A DNA stretch of 64,000 nt from Squalus acanthias (taxonomy: Eukaryota). Shown here piece by piece: positions 11,850 through 25,700 of the stretch. The DNA lies in NCBI GenBank assembly GCA_030390025.1, contig JASTWF010000367.1:248001-312000 (forward strand), written 5' to 3'. The notes beneath the pieces are model-generated. The model did not search any database. It had not been told where the DNA came from and worked only from the letters and a program-made list of their open reading frames with translations. The translations under genes were made by a program, and so were the position numbers. How positions within the stretch are numbered: the first letter of the stretch is position 1; every line of letters begins with the position of its first letter.

Positions 11850-13689
11850 TTTCTCCTCTATCTGCTCCCTCACTGTTACCTCTGGTATCCCCCTAGGATC
11901 GATCCTTGACCCCCTCCTGTTTATGATTTACATTCTGCCACTTGGTGACATCATCCGAAAACACAACGTCAGATTCCACTGAAGACCCTCTGCTGTACCT
12001 CACCACCATCTCTCTCAGGCCCTGCACTGTCTCTGATGCGTCAGGCAGCTTGTCCGACATCCAGTGTTGGCTGAGCAAACACTTCTTCCTATTAAATATT
12101 GGGAAAACCAAAGACATTGGCCCAGAAATTTGACTCGGAGGCTTGCCGCGGGGGTAAGGATCGCGCGCGATATCACCCACCGCGTCTGCCGTCCTTGTTT
12201 GCCTCCGCAGGAACTTCGGGTCCTGGGCCTCTCCCTAGTGCCGGCGCGCAGGCTGTGCGTGTCCCAGTGGCGCAGTTAGTGCGATGCGACCTCTGGGATC
12301 ACGTGGGCCACGGAGAGCCAATGGCAGCAGACCATCTTTCATTCATAGATTTGACAGGAGACCTGTCAAATCTGTGAATTGAAAGAGGCCCCAAAAGAAC
12401 AGCTAAACCTCAAATAAATAAAAAAAAAAAATCACATTAATAAAATAACTATAGTTAAATAAATTAACCATTTTAAACAAAAATTTAAATTTTTGAAAAA
12501 ATTAAAAAAAATTTTTTAAAGTTCTAAAAATTAAATTAACTTTCTTTAAAGTCTCTAAAAAAGATAAACCTGTTGAAAAAAATTAAAAATTATACTTAAT
12601 TAACTACTTACCTTGTTCAAAAGTGGTCTTACGCCTGCTTTTTACTTCTGCAGAATCTTCCATACTTACCCTCGCGTTGAAACCTGAAAAAAAACCGAAG
12701 TGTGCTGCAGTCGCACAGCCTCTAGTGCGCACGCGGTTGACCTAGGAACCGCCCCCTACGCCATACCGGAAGTGCCGGTTTCCCGCGCATGCGCAGTTAA
12801 TGCAGGAAACCGGCACTCCGGGAACGGATATGGGTGAGTAGCACTGAGTACTCACCCGTTCTCGGCCGAATTTTTGGCCATTATCTTTGGTCACGGCCAC
12901 AAACTCCATTCCCTAGCTACGGACTCCATCCCGCTCCCTGGCAAATGTGTGAGTCTGAACCAGACTGTTTGCAACCAATAATCCTATTAGATCCTCAGCT
13001 GACCTTTCACTCCCATACACTCTCCATCAACAAGACCACCTACTTCCAACTCCGAAACATTCGCTGTCTGCGCCCCTGCCTCAGCACATCTAATGCTGAA
13101 ATCCTCATCTATGCCTTTGTTATCTCCAGTCTCAGTTATTCCAACACGCTAAGGCTTGTCAACCAACAACGTTCCATCCTCTGTAAATTTGAGCTGATCC
13201 AAAACTCTGCTGCGCCTCTCGGAACTAGCACCAAGTCCCGTTCACCCATCACCCATGGGCTCGCGGATCTACTTTGGCTCCCTGTCTGGCAAAGCCTTGA
13301 TTTTGAAATTATCATCCATGTTTTCAATCCCTCCATGACCTCATCCATCCCTATCTCTGCAATCTCCTCCAGGTCCACGATCCTCCGAGATCTCTGCACT
13401 CCTCAATGTTGAACTTTGTGCATTCTGATTTTCACCCCTCCACTATTGGCGGCTGTGTTCTCAGCAGCCTCGGCCCTGAACTCTGGAATTCCCTCTCCAA
13501 CCTTATCCGCCTCTATTTATCGCCTGTTCACTCTTAAAATTCTACCTCTTTGACCAGGCTGTTGGTCACCCGTTCTAATATCTCTTTATTTGGCTCGGTG
13601 TTTCATTTTATCTGATTACACTCCTGCTGAGTCTCTCGGGACGTTATTACTGAGTTAAAGGGGCTATGTCAATTCAAGTTGTTGTTGTT
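11850..13689 (+). mobile_element. L2-type LINE 3' fragment, interrupted by a MITE
   Basis: KTTYFQLRNIRCLRPCLS..AEILIYAFVISSLSYSN..IQNSAA RT C-terminal motifs and a (GTT)n tail at about 13678-13689. Confidence 0.8.
12119..12879. mobile_element. Non-autonomous TIR element (Harbinger-type MITE), copy 1
   Basis: Termini GGCCCAGAAATTT / GAATTTTTGGCC, flanked by ATT on both sides. Cleanly interrupts the L2 sequence. GC-rich ends, AT-rich centre. Confidence 0.8.
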
Positions 13690-13802
13690 AATCCCCTTTT
13701 TTATTTTCACAATAACATTAATATTTCCCTGTGACATGTTAACCGGAAATGTATAGAATTTCCCAAGAGCTCACCCAAGAGCTGATCAAATAATTGGGGA
13801 AC

Positions 13803-14580
13803 ATCAGTACATTGTGTGCCTGTCCCTATCTCAGTGCTGCCCAATCAGTACATTGTGAGTCTGTCCCTCTCTCATTGCTGCCCAATCAGTACATTGTGAG
13901 TCTGTCCCTCTCAGTGTTGCCCATTCAGTACATTGTGAGCCTGTCCCTCTCTCAGTGCTACCCAATCAGTGCATTGTGAGCCTGTCCCTCTTTCAGTACT
14001 GCCCAATGAGTGCATTGTGAGCCTGCCCCTCTCTCAGTGCTGCCCAATCAGTACATTGTGAGCCTGTCCCTCTCTCAGTGCTGCCCAATCAGTACATTGT
14101 GAGCCTGTCCCTCTCTCAGTGCTGCCAAATCAGTACATTGTGAGCCTCTACCTCTCTCAGAGCTGCCCAATCAGTAAATTGTGAGCCTGTCCCTATCTCA
14201 GTGCTGCCCAATCAGTACATTGTGAGTCTGTCCCTTTCTCAGTGCTGCCCAATCAGTACATTGTGAGCCTGTCCCTCTCTCAGTGCCGCCCAATCAGTAC
14301 ATTGTGAGCCTGTCCCTCTCTCAGTGCTGCCCAATCAGTGCATTGTGAGCCTGTCCTCTCTCAGTGCTGCCCAATCAGTGCATTGTGAGCCTGTCCCTCT
14401 CTCAGTGCTGCCCAATCAGTACATTGTGAGCCTGTCCCCCTCTCAGAGATGTCCAATCCGTACATTGTGAGCCTGTCCCCCTCTCAGTGCTGCCCAATCA
14501 GTAGATTGAGAGCCTGTCCCTCTCTCAGTGCTGTCCAATCAGTACCTTGTGAGCCTGTCCCTCTCTCAGTTCTGCCCGAT
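13803..14580. repeat. 41-bp minisatellite (CAGTACATTGTGAGCCTGTCCCTCTCTCAGTGCTGCCCAAT)n, about 19 copies
   Basis: Period 41 (e.g. 14049, 14090). Confidence 0.95.
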
Positions 14581-14974
14581 TTGCTATTTGTACAAAAGCT
14601 CAGCTCTGCTGGGTGGGAGGTTCAATCATTTATCCATTATAACCACTGCAGCCAAATAACGAGTATCACCTGTGGATTTGTAATGAGATGTCTGCAGTAA
14701 ATTGTGCGACTGATAGAATTCACCATCAGAGGGAACATTTCACCTTCACCCAGCTCGCCATGTTAACTACATATTAGTGTCCCATGTAGATTTGAAACTT
14801 CTCTCAGAAATGTCCTGTTAACCAAGATTCACATGAACTGTTTTAGTTTTCTATCTGTCTACGATTAAAATTTCGTAATAGTTCGTGTTATATTTTACGA
14901 AAAGCCGAGCAGTCTATCGGAGCTTTCTTTGACAATATAACATTGAAACCACTTTCTGTCTGTTCTAATTGAAG

Positions 14975-16712
14975 ATGTTCAACAGAAACACAAGGAAACA
15001 CTCCGAGTACAAACTGAAACACTGAGAGTGAACACTATCCTAATAAAGGAGAAGGCAAAGATTTTCCAGCTGGTTGATCAATACGCTGAGCTAACGATCA
15101 TTTCTACTGTTCGAGATCAGACACTTGTCGAACATGAGCTGCTGGCAAGAGGCCGTGACCATGAAGAATGGAGAGAGAAACATCTCCGGAGAGAGCTGGA
15201 AAAAATCCGAGCTGATCAATTTTTCCAGAGCAGTTTTTCCCGGAGAAAATCCAATTCTGGGTGTTCAGGAGCTGTGAGTGGAGTCCCGGGGATTGGAAAA
15301 ACAACAATGGTACAAAAGATTGTTCATGACTGGGCCACTGGGAAAATATACCCACACTTTCAATTTGTTGTCAGCTTTAAATTCCGTGATTTGAACGCTA
15401 TCGACTGTAGAATAAACCTGAGGAATCTGATACAGGATCTGTATCCTTACTTTGGGAATATTCTGGGAGAGCTCTGGAAGAATCCAGCGGGATTGCTGTT
15501 TATATTCGATGGTTTGGATGAATTCAATGATAGGATCGATTTTTCTGAGAATCGGAGAAATACAGAACCTCAGCACATGTGCACAGATCCCGAAGACTGG
15601 TGTGAAGTGTTTGACATTGTGTACAGTTTAGTACAGCACAAGCTGCTCCCAGGATGTTCAGTGCTAGTGACCAGCCGCCCCACTGCATTACATTTATTGG
15701 AAAAGGCTGAGATCAGTGTCTGGGCTGAAATCCTAGGATTTGTTGGTGAATAATGGAAGGAATATTTCAATAAGTTTTTTGAAGATCAGACGGTGGCAGC
15801 AGCTGTTTTGAAACACGTGGAGGAGAACGAGATGCTGTTCACAATGTGCTACAATCCTTCCTACTGCTGGATCCTCGGGCTCTCACTTGGACCCTTCTTT
15901 ACACAAAGAGACCGGAAACAGCAGCGAGTTCCCAAGACCATCACCCAACTATATTCCTACTATATTTACAACATTCTGAAAAACCATGGCCGAGAGATTG
16001 ATAGCCCCCGTGATGTGTTACTGAACCTTGGTGAGATGGCCTTCACAGGAGTCTCCGAGAAGAAGATTGTGTTTAGAAATGATGATTTGATCAAGTATAA
16101 TCTGCAACCTTCCCAGTTCCTGTCTGGGTTCATGATGGAACTTTTGGAGAGAGATGATTCCGCCCAGAGCGTGGTGTACACATTCCCGCATCTCACCATC
16201 CAAGAATTTGTAGCCGCACTCGCACAATTCCTCACTCCAGATCCCGGGGACATCCGGAAACTCCTCAGTGAAGCCCACAGCAAGGAAGATGGGCGATTTC
16301 AGATATTTCTCTGTTTTGTTGTTGGTCTCTCCTCCTCACAGTCAGCTCGGCCCCTGGAGGAGTTTCTGGGTCCATTTATTCATCAAACCATCTGCGGAGT
16401 GATTGACTGGGTAAAGGAGAGGATTGAAAGACAGATTGGAAATACAGCGAGAGCAACTGGTAAAAGGGACTTCCTGAAAACATTGCACTGCCGGTTTGAG
16501 TCTCAGAATACAGCACTAACTCGGGCCACAGTGGGATCTGTGGAAAGACTTACGTTTAATGGATTGCGACTGACCCCAATTGACTGCGCGGTCCTGTCTC
16601 ATGTCATTGGACTCTGTGATACAATAACACACCTCAATCTAATCAACTGTTACATTCAGTGTGAAGGACTCCAGCGGCTGGGACCCGTACTGCACAAATG
16701 CGTGGTATTGAG
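14975..16712 (+). CDS. NLR NACHT exon (NBD, HD1, WH, HD2, first LRR) with in-frame TAA at 15751-15753
   Basis: Walker A GVPGIGKT, Walker B LLFIFDGLDE, sensor VTSRP, winged-helix FPHLTIQEFVAA. ORFs 15028-15753 and 15793-16716 share a frame. Donor AG/gtaact. Confidence 0.93.
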
Positions 16713-16972
16713 GTAACTGTTTATTTGTCTCTAACTGTTGGGCGAATTGTAGAACAGTCACGGATGGCGTTGTTTCTCCGTAATGAAGGGTAAGAAACAG
16801 CTCAGATAAACCAGATTCAACACAAATATGACCAATAATAAGAGGATAGTTTAGTCATTTCCTGAGGACGGGAAAATCTAGCACTGATCCGCGTGGACAA
16901 GTAGCGATTTTACTTTCTTTGTCGGATCAGCAAATACAAGTCACTGAAATAGTCTGATAATTTAATTACAAT

Positions 16973-17715
16973 GGCTCGTATTTTCCGATCGCAGGCCTCC
17001 TGCGTGCGGAGGCCTGCGATCTGGAAAAATCTACACTCCTACCTGAGGGCTCTCGGGGCGCACACACTTCCGATCCTGGGCCTCTCCAAACTGCAAGTAC
17101 GCAGGGCCCACGTATTCCAGAGGCGCAGGCAGTTCGCAGCGTCCCTGTGATCACGTGGGTCATGGGGAGCCAATCAAAGAAGGGAATCTCCCTTCATACA
17201 CTTGACAGGAAGACCTGTCAAATATATGAATGGAGATCACCCCCAAAACATAGTAAACCTTTATATAAATTTTTTAAAAATCACATTTTTAAAATGACTT
17301 GAAATTACAATAAATTAAATATTTTAAACAATTTTTTTTTAAATAATTAAAGTTTTTAATGGGCTGAAAATAAATTTACCTTTTTTTAAAAGTATTTTTA
17401 AATGATAAATCAGTGAAAACGTTTATTTTTTACTTTTTTAAACTCTTATCCTGGTAAAAGCAGCCCTTATGCCTGCTTTTACCAGGCATACGAATTGTAA
17501 GGGGTTTCTGCTGGCGAGGGTCGCCAATACGGAACTATCTGCCCGCAGAGGCCCTTCTCCTGGGCAGGCGGAGGATCTGTCAAGAGCATTCTTGACAGAT
17601 CGGAAATGCCGGTTTTCAGCGCATGCGCTGTGCATGCATGAAACCGGCATTTCCGAGGTCCCTACGGCTGGGTACACAGCACGTACCCACCCGTAGGGAT
17701 CGGAATATCTAGGCC
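16973..17715. mobile_element. MITE copy 2 (same family as 12119-12879)
   Basis: Imperfect TIR GGCTCGTATTTTCCGATC / GATCGGAATATCTAGGCC. Shares the CACGTG-CCAAT-hairpin module and AT-rich core. Confidence 0.75.
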
Positions 17716-19750
17716 ATCAAATCATATTTAATACGGCTGGACAGCGGAAAGTAAACAAAATATAACCCAGCAGTAAAGATAACATTAATTTAAAATGTTT
17801 TCCACATCCACCATTTCAACTAGAAACAGGACAGAAACTCGAGTTTAAATCACTAACAGATCGATATTTACTCCAATACCGTACAGGCTGTGTCTTCTCG
17901 AGAGGGAAGTTTCCGGGATTGGGAGTTTTGGGGTATTGGGAATTCTTTCAGGATCTTAAATCTGCCGGTAAAAAGGTTCCAATCTAACGTATTGTGGGGT
18001 ATTAGCCCCGGAGTACAGACACACAACGGCCAGCGGTGGGGCCTCGCACACAGCGGGCGGCTCCTGGGTAAACCGGGGGCAGTGAACCCGGGAATTCCTC
18101 ATAATCCGTCCCCTGTGTGTGAGGCCCCGCTCGGGGAGGGAACTTCCGAAAATTGCCCAAAAACTGTCGGGACAGTTACTCCTGAAATAAATGTAGATCC
18201 AGTTTAATGGGGAACAAGTGAGAGACTCCCCTGCCCTATAAATTAGGAGCACAGGGACAATTAAAACTTGTAACAGGACAGAATCAACTCTCCTTTTTAC
18301 ATAAAACCTTGGGGGACGGATTTTACAGCAACAGTAAGCGCCGTTTCACAATATAACTCACCCCGAGATATTATACAGATTAATATAATGCACAGAGTAT
18401 AAAGTACAGTGAATCACCACTTTCTCATTTGATTCGGGGAAAATTGCCTCATTCCCATAAAATCCTGGACTTAAGGAGCAGCAGAAATGAGACATGTTTC
18501 CCCAAACATGACGGGGCAGGTCACTGAGCTCCAGCAGGTTAATTCTCATCATCAGGCAATGAGACCGGACTGAGGGACATTTAAAGGCTGCACACAGACA
18601 GCACTTTATTTAATAAACACATTTAATGACCAACCCTGAATATATGGGGAGTTGGATAGAGTGAGATTCATTCCCAGTGAGGGGGAAATTTTGCGAGAGT
18701 TCAGCGCAGGCGATCAGTGGCGGGTCGGTTGGGAACATGGATTTTTCCCCGGCGGGTCGGGACCCCGCTGTCAACCCTCCGCCACGCGCATTTCCCAAAT
18801 GTCGGGTCTGTCAGCGCTGGACAGACCCGACGAGTAGCGGTGGGGGACTCAATTCAGGTCATTATGACCATGTTTACAATGGATTAACAATTATTTTCAG
18901 CTCGCCTTCAGCGTGTACCAGGTCTCCTACGTGGTCCACGCTGCTCGGGGATCACGTCAGGTAAGCAGGGCAGGAGTTGAATGGCCATGGACTCATCTCA
19001 TTACTTAACAGCTGGAAATGTGCTATAAAAGCTCCCACCTCACAGCTTGTCACTTTCCTAGCTCACAAGTTATTGCTTACTGCATTTGGAAGACAGATTG
19101 AACTTTATGCAGGCTGCAAGTGTTTGGAGAAAACTCTCTAACCAGTGTCCCCTCATTGGAACAACCTCTCTCAACCTCTCTCACTGTTAACAGATTGCAT
19201 CTGTCATCTCAAGTTCACCTGCCATCTATTGCATCAGAATGCGTACACTTTATACTTTCTCACCTTCGGCCTCAGAATCTGACCACGATCAGACCCAACA
19301 GCTGCAGCTCCAGGCACAGCAGCAGCACTAACATCAACACCAACCTGTTCCGCAATCACCTGATGCTGTACAGGACAGAGGGCATCAGCACCCGACCACA
19401 TTACTTCCCGGGACACCAGGGATGGTCACGTTGGCCAGATTTAGTTCACCTGAATGCCACATGATGCACCAGGTTGGCACGACCCCATACCAACAACATA
19501 AAGTATCCCTACAATGCCAAAACCATTACTTTCACCCTTAGCAGTATTGCGGGGGGTACCGTTATGTCTCACCATCCACTGCAACTCACTAAGCCACTTC
19601 CAAAATCCAGAAAAATCAGTCTAAGAACTGAATGTATTGAAAATAAAGATTTAAATTTTTGATAGCACATTAACAGAAACTTCACATGAACATTGGCTAA
19701 AACATACACTTGTATGTTGTTAGTTGGTATGATTGGTATGAAGGATGAGT

Positions 19751-22700
19751 CAATAGAGAAAGGTATTAATATGGGAAATGATAAACAGACCCTGACAGGA
19801 AGGAATAGAGAGTACAAATCTAAGAGTAAATCAACAGATAACGCTAGAGGTTACAAAAATAATAAAAGGACACAACTAAAGGCTCTGCATCTGAATGCAC
19901 GCAGCATTCGGAACAAAACAGATGAACCTGATAGCGCAAATAGAAATAAATAAATATGATCTGATAACCATTACAGAAACATGGTTGCAGGATGACATAG
20001 AATGTGATCTGAATATTGAAGGGTACATGATATTTAGGAAGGATAGGAAGGTGGGAAAAGGTGGAGGGGTGGCTCTGTTAATTAATGATGTTATTAGCAC
20101 TATAGAGAGGGATGACCAAAGTTCAGGAAACTAGGATGTAGAAGCAGTTTGGGTAGAAATGAGAAATAATAAAGGCAAGAAGTTACTTGTGGGAGTGGTG
20201 TACAGGCCCGTAAACAGTAACCACATGGTAAGATGGAGTATGAAGGAAGAAATAATGGGAGCTTGTCAGAAGGGTACGGCAATAATCATGGGGGATTTTA
20301 ATCTGCATATAGACTGGGAAAATCAGATCTGCAAAGGTAGCCTAGATGAGGAGTTCATGGAATGTTTTCGGGATAGTTTCTTACAACAGCACGTTCTGGA
20401 GCCAACCAGAGAGCAGGCTATACTAGTCCTGGTATTGTGCAACGAGATAGGGTGAATTAATGACCTCATAGTGAAGGCGCCCCGACGTAGCAGCGATCAT
20501 AATATGATTGAATTTTACATTCAGTTTGAGAGAGAGAAGAGTGGGTCCAGGACTAGTATTTTAAACTTAAATAAGGGCAATTATGAGGGCATGAAAGCAG
20601 AGCTAGCTAAAGTGAACTGGCAAATTATGTTAAGGAATAGGTCAATAGAGTTGCAGTGGCAGACATTTAAGGGGAATTTCAAAATACACAGAATATATAT
20701 ACATTCCAACAAGAAAGAAAAATTCCAAGGGGAACAGCCAACATCGTGGTTAACTAAAAAAGTTAAAGCTAGTATTAAACTTAAAGAAAAAGCACATAAT
20801 TACGCAAAGATGCGTGGCAGGTCAGAAGATTGGACAGAATATAAAAAACAGCAAGGAATGACTAAAATATTAAAAAGGAGAGAAAAATTAGAGTATGAGA
20901 GAAAGCTAGCTAGAAATATAAAAACAGACAGTAAGAGTTTCTATAGATATTTCAAAAAGAAAAGAGCTAACAAAGTGAGTGTTGGTCCTATAAAAAGTGA
21001 GTCTGGGGAATTAATAATGGAAAATAAGGAGATGGCAGTTGAATTGAACAGGTATTTTGCATCGGTCTTCACTATAGTGGATACAAGTAACATCCCAGAA
21101 ATAGCTGTAAATCAGGAAATAGAAGGGAGGGAGGAACTCAAGGAAATTATAATCACCAGGGAAGTGGTACTGATGAAATTGTTGGAGCTGCGGGCTGACA
21201 AGTCCTCGGGTCCTGATAGACTTCATCCGAGGGACTTAAAATAAGTGGCAAGTGAGATAGTTGATGCGTTGGTTTTAATTTTCCAAAATTCCCTAGATTC
21301 GGGGAAGGTTCCATTAGATTGGAAAATAGAAACATAGAAACATAGAAAACAGGTACAGGAGTAGACCATTCGGTCCTTCGAGCCTGCACCGCCATTCAAT
21401 GCGTTCATGGCTGAACATGCTACCTCAGTACCCCATTCCTGCTTTCTCGCCATACCCCTTGATCCCCTAGTTGTGAGTGTTATATCTAACTCCCTTTTGA
21501 ATATATTTAGCGAACTGGCCTCAACAACCTTCTGTGGAAGAGAATTCCATAGATTCACCACTCTCTGGGTGAAGAAGTTCCTCCTCAGCTCAGTCTTAAA
21601 TGGCTTCCCCTTAATCCTTAGACTGTGTCCCCTGGTTCTAGTTTTCCCTAACATTGGGAACATTCTGCCCGCATCTAATTTGTCTAAACCAGTCAGGATT
21701 TTAAATGTCTCTATAAGATCCCCCCTCATTCTTCTGAACTCCAGAGGATACAAGTTCAGTTGACCCAATCTTTCTTGATATGTCAGACCGGCCATCCCAG
21801 GAATCAATCTAGTGAACCTTCGCTGCACTCCCTCAATAGCAAGAATGTCGTTCCTTAAGTTAGGAGACCAAAACTGCGCACAATACTCCAGGTGTGGCCT
21901 CACCAAGGCCCTGTACAACTGCAGCATCACCTCCCTACTTCTGTACTCAAATCCCCTTACTATGAAGGCCATCATTCCGTTTGCTTTCTTGACTGCCTGC
22001 TGCACTTGCATTCCCACCTTCAGTGACTGATGTACCATGACGCCCAGGTCTCGTTGCACCTCCCCTTTCCCTAATCTGCCACCATTCAGGTAATAGTCCG
22101 CCTCTCTATTTTTACCACCAAAGTGGATAACCTCACATTTATCCACATTGTACTTCATCTGCCATACATTTGCCCATTCACCCAACCTGTCCAAGTCACT
22201 CTGTAGCCTCCTAGCATCCTCCTCATTGTTCACACTGCCTCCCAATTTAGTGTCATCCGCAAATTTGGAGATATTACATGTAATCCCTTCGTCCAAATCA
22301 TTAATATATAATGTAGACAGCTGGGGTCCCAGCACCGAACCCTGCGGTACCCCGCTGGTCACGGCCTGCCATTCTGAAAAGTATCCATTTACTCCTACTC
22401 TTTGTTTCCTGTGTGCCAACCAGTTCTCAATCCACGTCAACACATTACCCCCAATCCCATGTGCTTTAACTTTGCTCACCAATCTCTTGTGTGGGACCTT
22501 GTCGAAGGCCTTCTGAAAGTCCAAATACACCACATCTACTGGTTCCCCCCTGTCCACCCTATTGGAAACATCCTCAAAAAATTCCAGAAGATTTGTCAAG
22601 CATGATTTCCCTTTCACAAATCCATACTGACTTGGACCTATCATGTCGCCACTTTCCAAATGGTCTGTTATGACATCTTTAATAATTGCTTCCATCATTT

Positions 22701-25700
22701 TACCCACGACCGATGTCAGGCTGACCGGTCTATAATTCCCTGCTTTCTCCCTCCCTCCTTTTTTAAAAAGAGGGGTTACTTTGGCCACCCTCCACTCCAT
22801 CGGAACTGATCCAGAGTCTAATGAATGTCGGAAAATGATCGTCAATGCATCCACTATTTCCAAGGCCACCTCCTTAAGTACTCTGGGATGCAGACCATCA
22901 GGCCCCGGGGATTTTTCAGCCTTCAGTTCCATCAATTTTCCCAAAACCTTTTCCCGTCTAATAAGGATTTCCCTCAGCTCCTCCCTCTTACCAGATCCTC
23001 TGACCCCTTTTATTTCCGGCAGGTTGTGTGTGTCCTCCACAGTAAACACCGAACCAAAGTACTTGTTCAATTGATCAGCCATTTCCTTGTTCCCCATTAC
23101 GACTTCCCCTGTTTCCGACTGCAGGGGACCTACGTTTGTTTTTACTAACCTCTTTCTTTTTACATATTTATAGAAGCTTTTGCAGTCCATTTTAATGTTC
23201 TCTGCAAGCTTCCTTTCATATTTTATTTTCCCTGCCCTAATCAAACCCTTCGTCCTCCTCTACTGAGTTTTGAAGTTCTCCCAGTCCCCGCGTTTGCTGC
23301 TACTTCTGGCCAATTTGTAGGCAACTTCCTTGGTTTTAATACTATCCCTGATTTCCCTTGTTAGCCATGGTTGAGCCACCTTCCCTTTTTTATTTTTAAG
23401 CCAGACCGGGATGTACAATTGTTGTAGTTCATCCATGCGATCTCTAAATGTCTGCCATTGCTCTTCCACTGATAGCCCCTTAAATATCGCTTGCCAATTT
23501 AACCTCACCAATTCACGCCTCATACCCTCAAAGTTGCCCTTATTTAAGTTCTGGACCATGGTCTCTGACTTAACTGTTTCCTTCTCCATCCTAATGTAGA
23601 ACTCCACCATACTATGGTCACTCTTCCCCAGGGGGCCTCGTACCACAAGATTGCTGATTAGTCCTTCCTCATTACACAACACCCAGTCCAGGATGGCCTC
23701 CCCTCGAGTTGGTTCCTCAACATATTGGTTTAGGAAACCATCCCTTAAACACTCCAGGAAATCCTCCTCCACCGTATTGCTTCCAGTTTGAGTAGCCCAA
23801 TCTATATGCATATTAAAGTCACCCATGATAACTGCCGTGCCTTTTTTGCACGCAGCTCTGATTTCCTGTTTCATACCCTCCCCCACCTCACTACTGCTGT
23901 TTGGAGGTCTGTACACAACTCCCACTAACGTTTTCTGCCCTTTGGTGTTCTGCAGCTCAACCCATATTGATTCCACATCCTCCAAGCTGATGTCCTTCCG
24001 AGCTATTGCATTAATCTCCTCTTTAACCAGCAATGCTACCCCACCCCCTTTTCCTTTTATTCTATCCTTTCTAAATGTTGAATACCCCTGGATGTTCAGT
24101 TCCCAGCCTTGATTGTTCTGGAGCCACGTCTCTGTAATCCCAATCACATCGTATCCGTTAACATCTATTTGCACAGTCAATTCATCCACCTTATTACGGA
24201 TACTCCTTGCATTAAGACACAGAGTCTTTAGGCTTGTTTTATTAACATCCTTTGTCCTTTTAGACTTATGATTTAGTATGGCCCTTTGTGTTTCTTGCCT
24301 TTGTTTACTCGGCCTTCCCCTATTGTTTCTCACCCTTCTAACATTTGTTTCTGACTGCATATTACTTCCCCCTGTTTCGCTACATAGGTTCCCACCCCTG
24401 CCATATTAGTTTAAATCCTCCCGAACTGCTTTAGCAAATATTACCCCGAGGACATCGGTTCCAGTCCTGCCCAATTGCAGACCGTCCCTTTTGTACAGGT
24501 CCCACTTCCCCCAGAACTGGTTCCAATGCCTCAGGAATTTGAATCCCTCCCTCCTGCACCACTGCTCAAGCCACGTATTCAATCTCACTATCCTGTTCTC
24601 TCTATTCTGATTAGCACGTGGCCCTGGTAGCAATCCAGAGATTACTACCTTAGAGGTCCTACTTTTTAATTTAGCTCCTAGCTCCCTAAATTCTGCTTGT
24701 CGGACATCTTCCCGCTTTTTACCTATATCGTTGGTACCTACATGCACCACGACAGCTGGCTGATCACCCTCCCTCTTCAGAATGTTCTGCAGCCGCTCCG
24801 AGACATCCTTGACCCTTGCACCAGGGAGGCAACAAACCATCCTGGAATCTCGTTTGCGGCCACAGAAACTCCTGTCTATTCCCCTTACAATTGAGTCCCC
24901 TATCACTATAGCCCTACCACTCTTTTTCCCGCCCTGCTGTGCAGCAGAGCCAGCCATGGTGCCATGAACCTGGCTGCTAGTGCCTTCCCCTGGTAGGCCA
25001 TCTCCCCCAACAGTATCCAAAGCGGCATACCTGTTTTGGAGGGAGATGACCACAGGGGACTCCTGCACTCCCTTCCTGATATTGCCCTGCTTCTTGGTCA
25101 CCCATTCACTGTCTGTCCTAGCCTTTACCTGCGGTGTGGACAACTCACTAAATGAATAGCGAATGTAACTCCTTTATTCAAAAAGGGGGGGAGACCGAAA
25201 GCAGGAATCTACAGGCCAGTTAGCTTAACATCTGTCATAGGGAAGATGTTAGAAGCTATTATTAAAGACGTTATAGCAGGGCACTTAGAAAATTTCAAAG
25301 TAATCAGGCAGAGTCAACATGGTTTTGTGCAAGGGAAATCATGGTTAACCAATTTATTGAAGTTCTTTGAGGAAATAATATGTGCTGTGGATAAAGGGTG
25401 GATGTACTGTACTTCCAGAACACATTTGATAAGATGCCACATCAAAGGTTATTGCGGAAAATAAAAGCTCATGGTGTTGGGGGTAACATATTGGCATGGA
25501 TAGAAGATTGGCTAGCTAACAGGAAACAGAGATTAGGCATAAATGTGACATTTTCTGACTGGCAAGATGTAACGAGTGGTGTGCCACAGGGATCAGTGCT
25601 GGGGCTTCAACTTTTTACAATTTATATAAATGACTTGAATGAAGGACCGAAGGTATGGTTGATAAATTTGCTGATGATACAAAGATAGGTAGGAAAGTAA

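Noticed and set aside
13803..14580. Regular arrays as CRISPR (also 45160-48850 and 56261-56584)
   Set aside because: Units are head-to-tail with no unique spacers, there are no cas genes, and the context is vertebrate.
17900..18160. Cluster of NF-kB-like GGGAA..TTCC motifs in an NLR intron
   Set aside because: Matches are imperfect and short, and the segment may be another small GC-rich transposon remnant; there is no independent support.
21407..23148. Numerous antisense ORFs overlapping CR1 ORF2 (also at 29803-30240 and 59041-60322)
   Set aside because: Shadow ORFs on the opposite strand of LINE coding sequence, many starting at GTG or TTG, which is not meaningful for a vertebrate.
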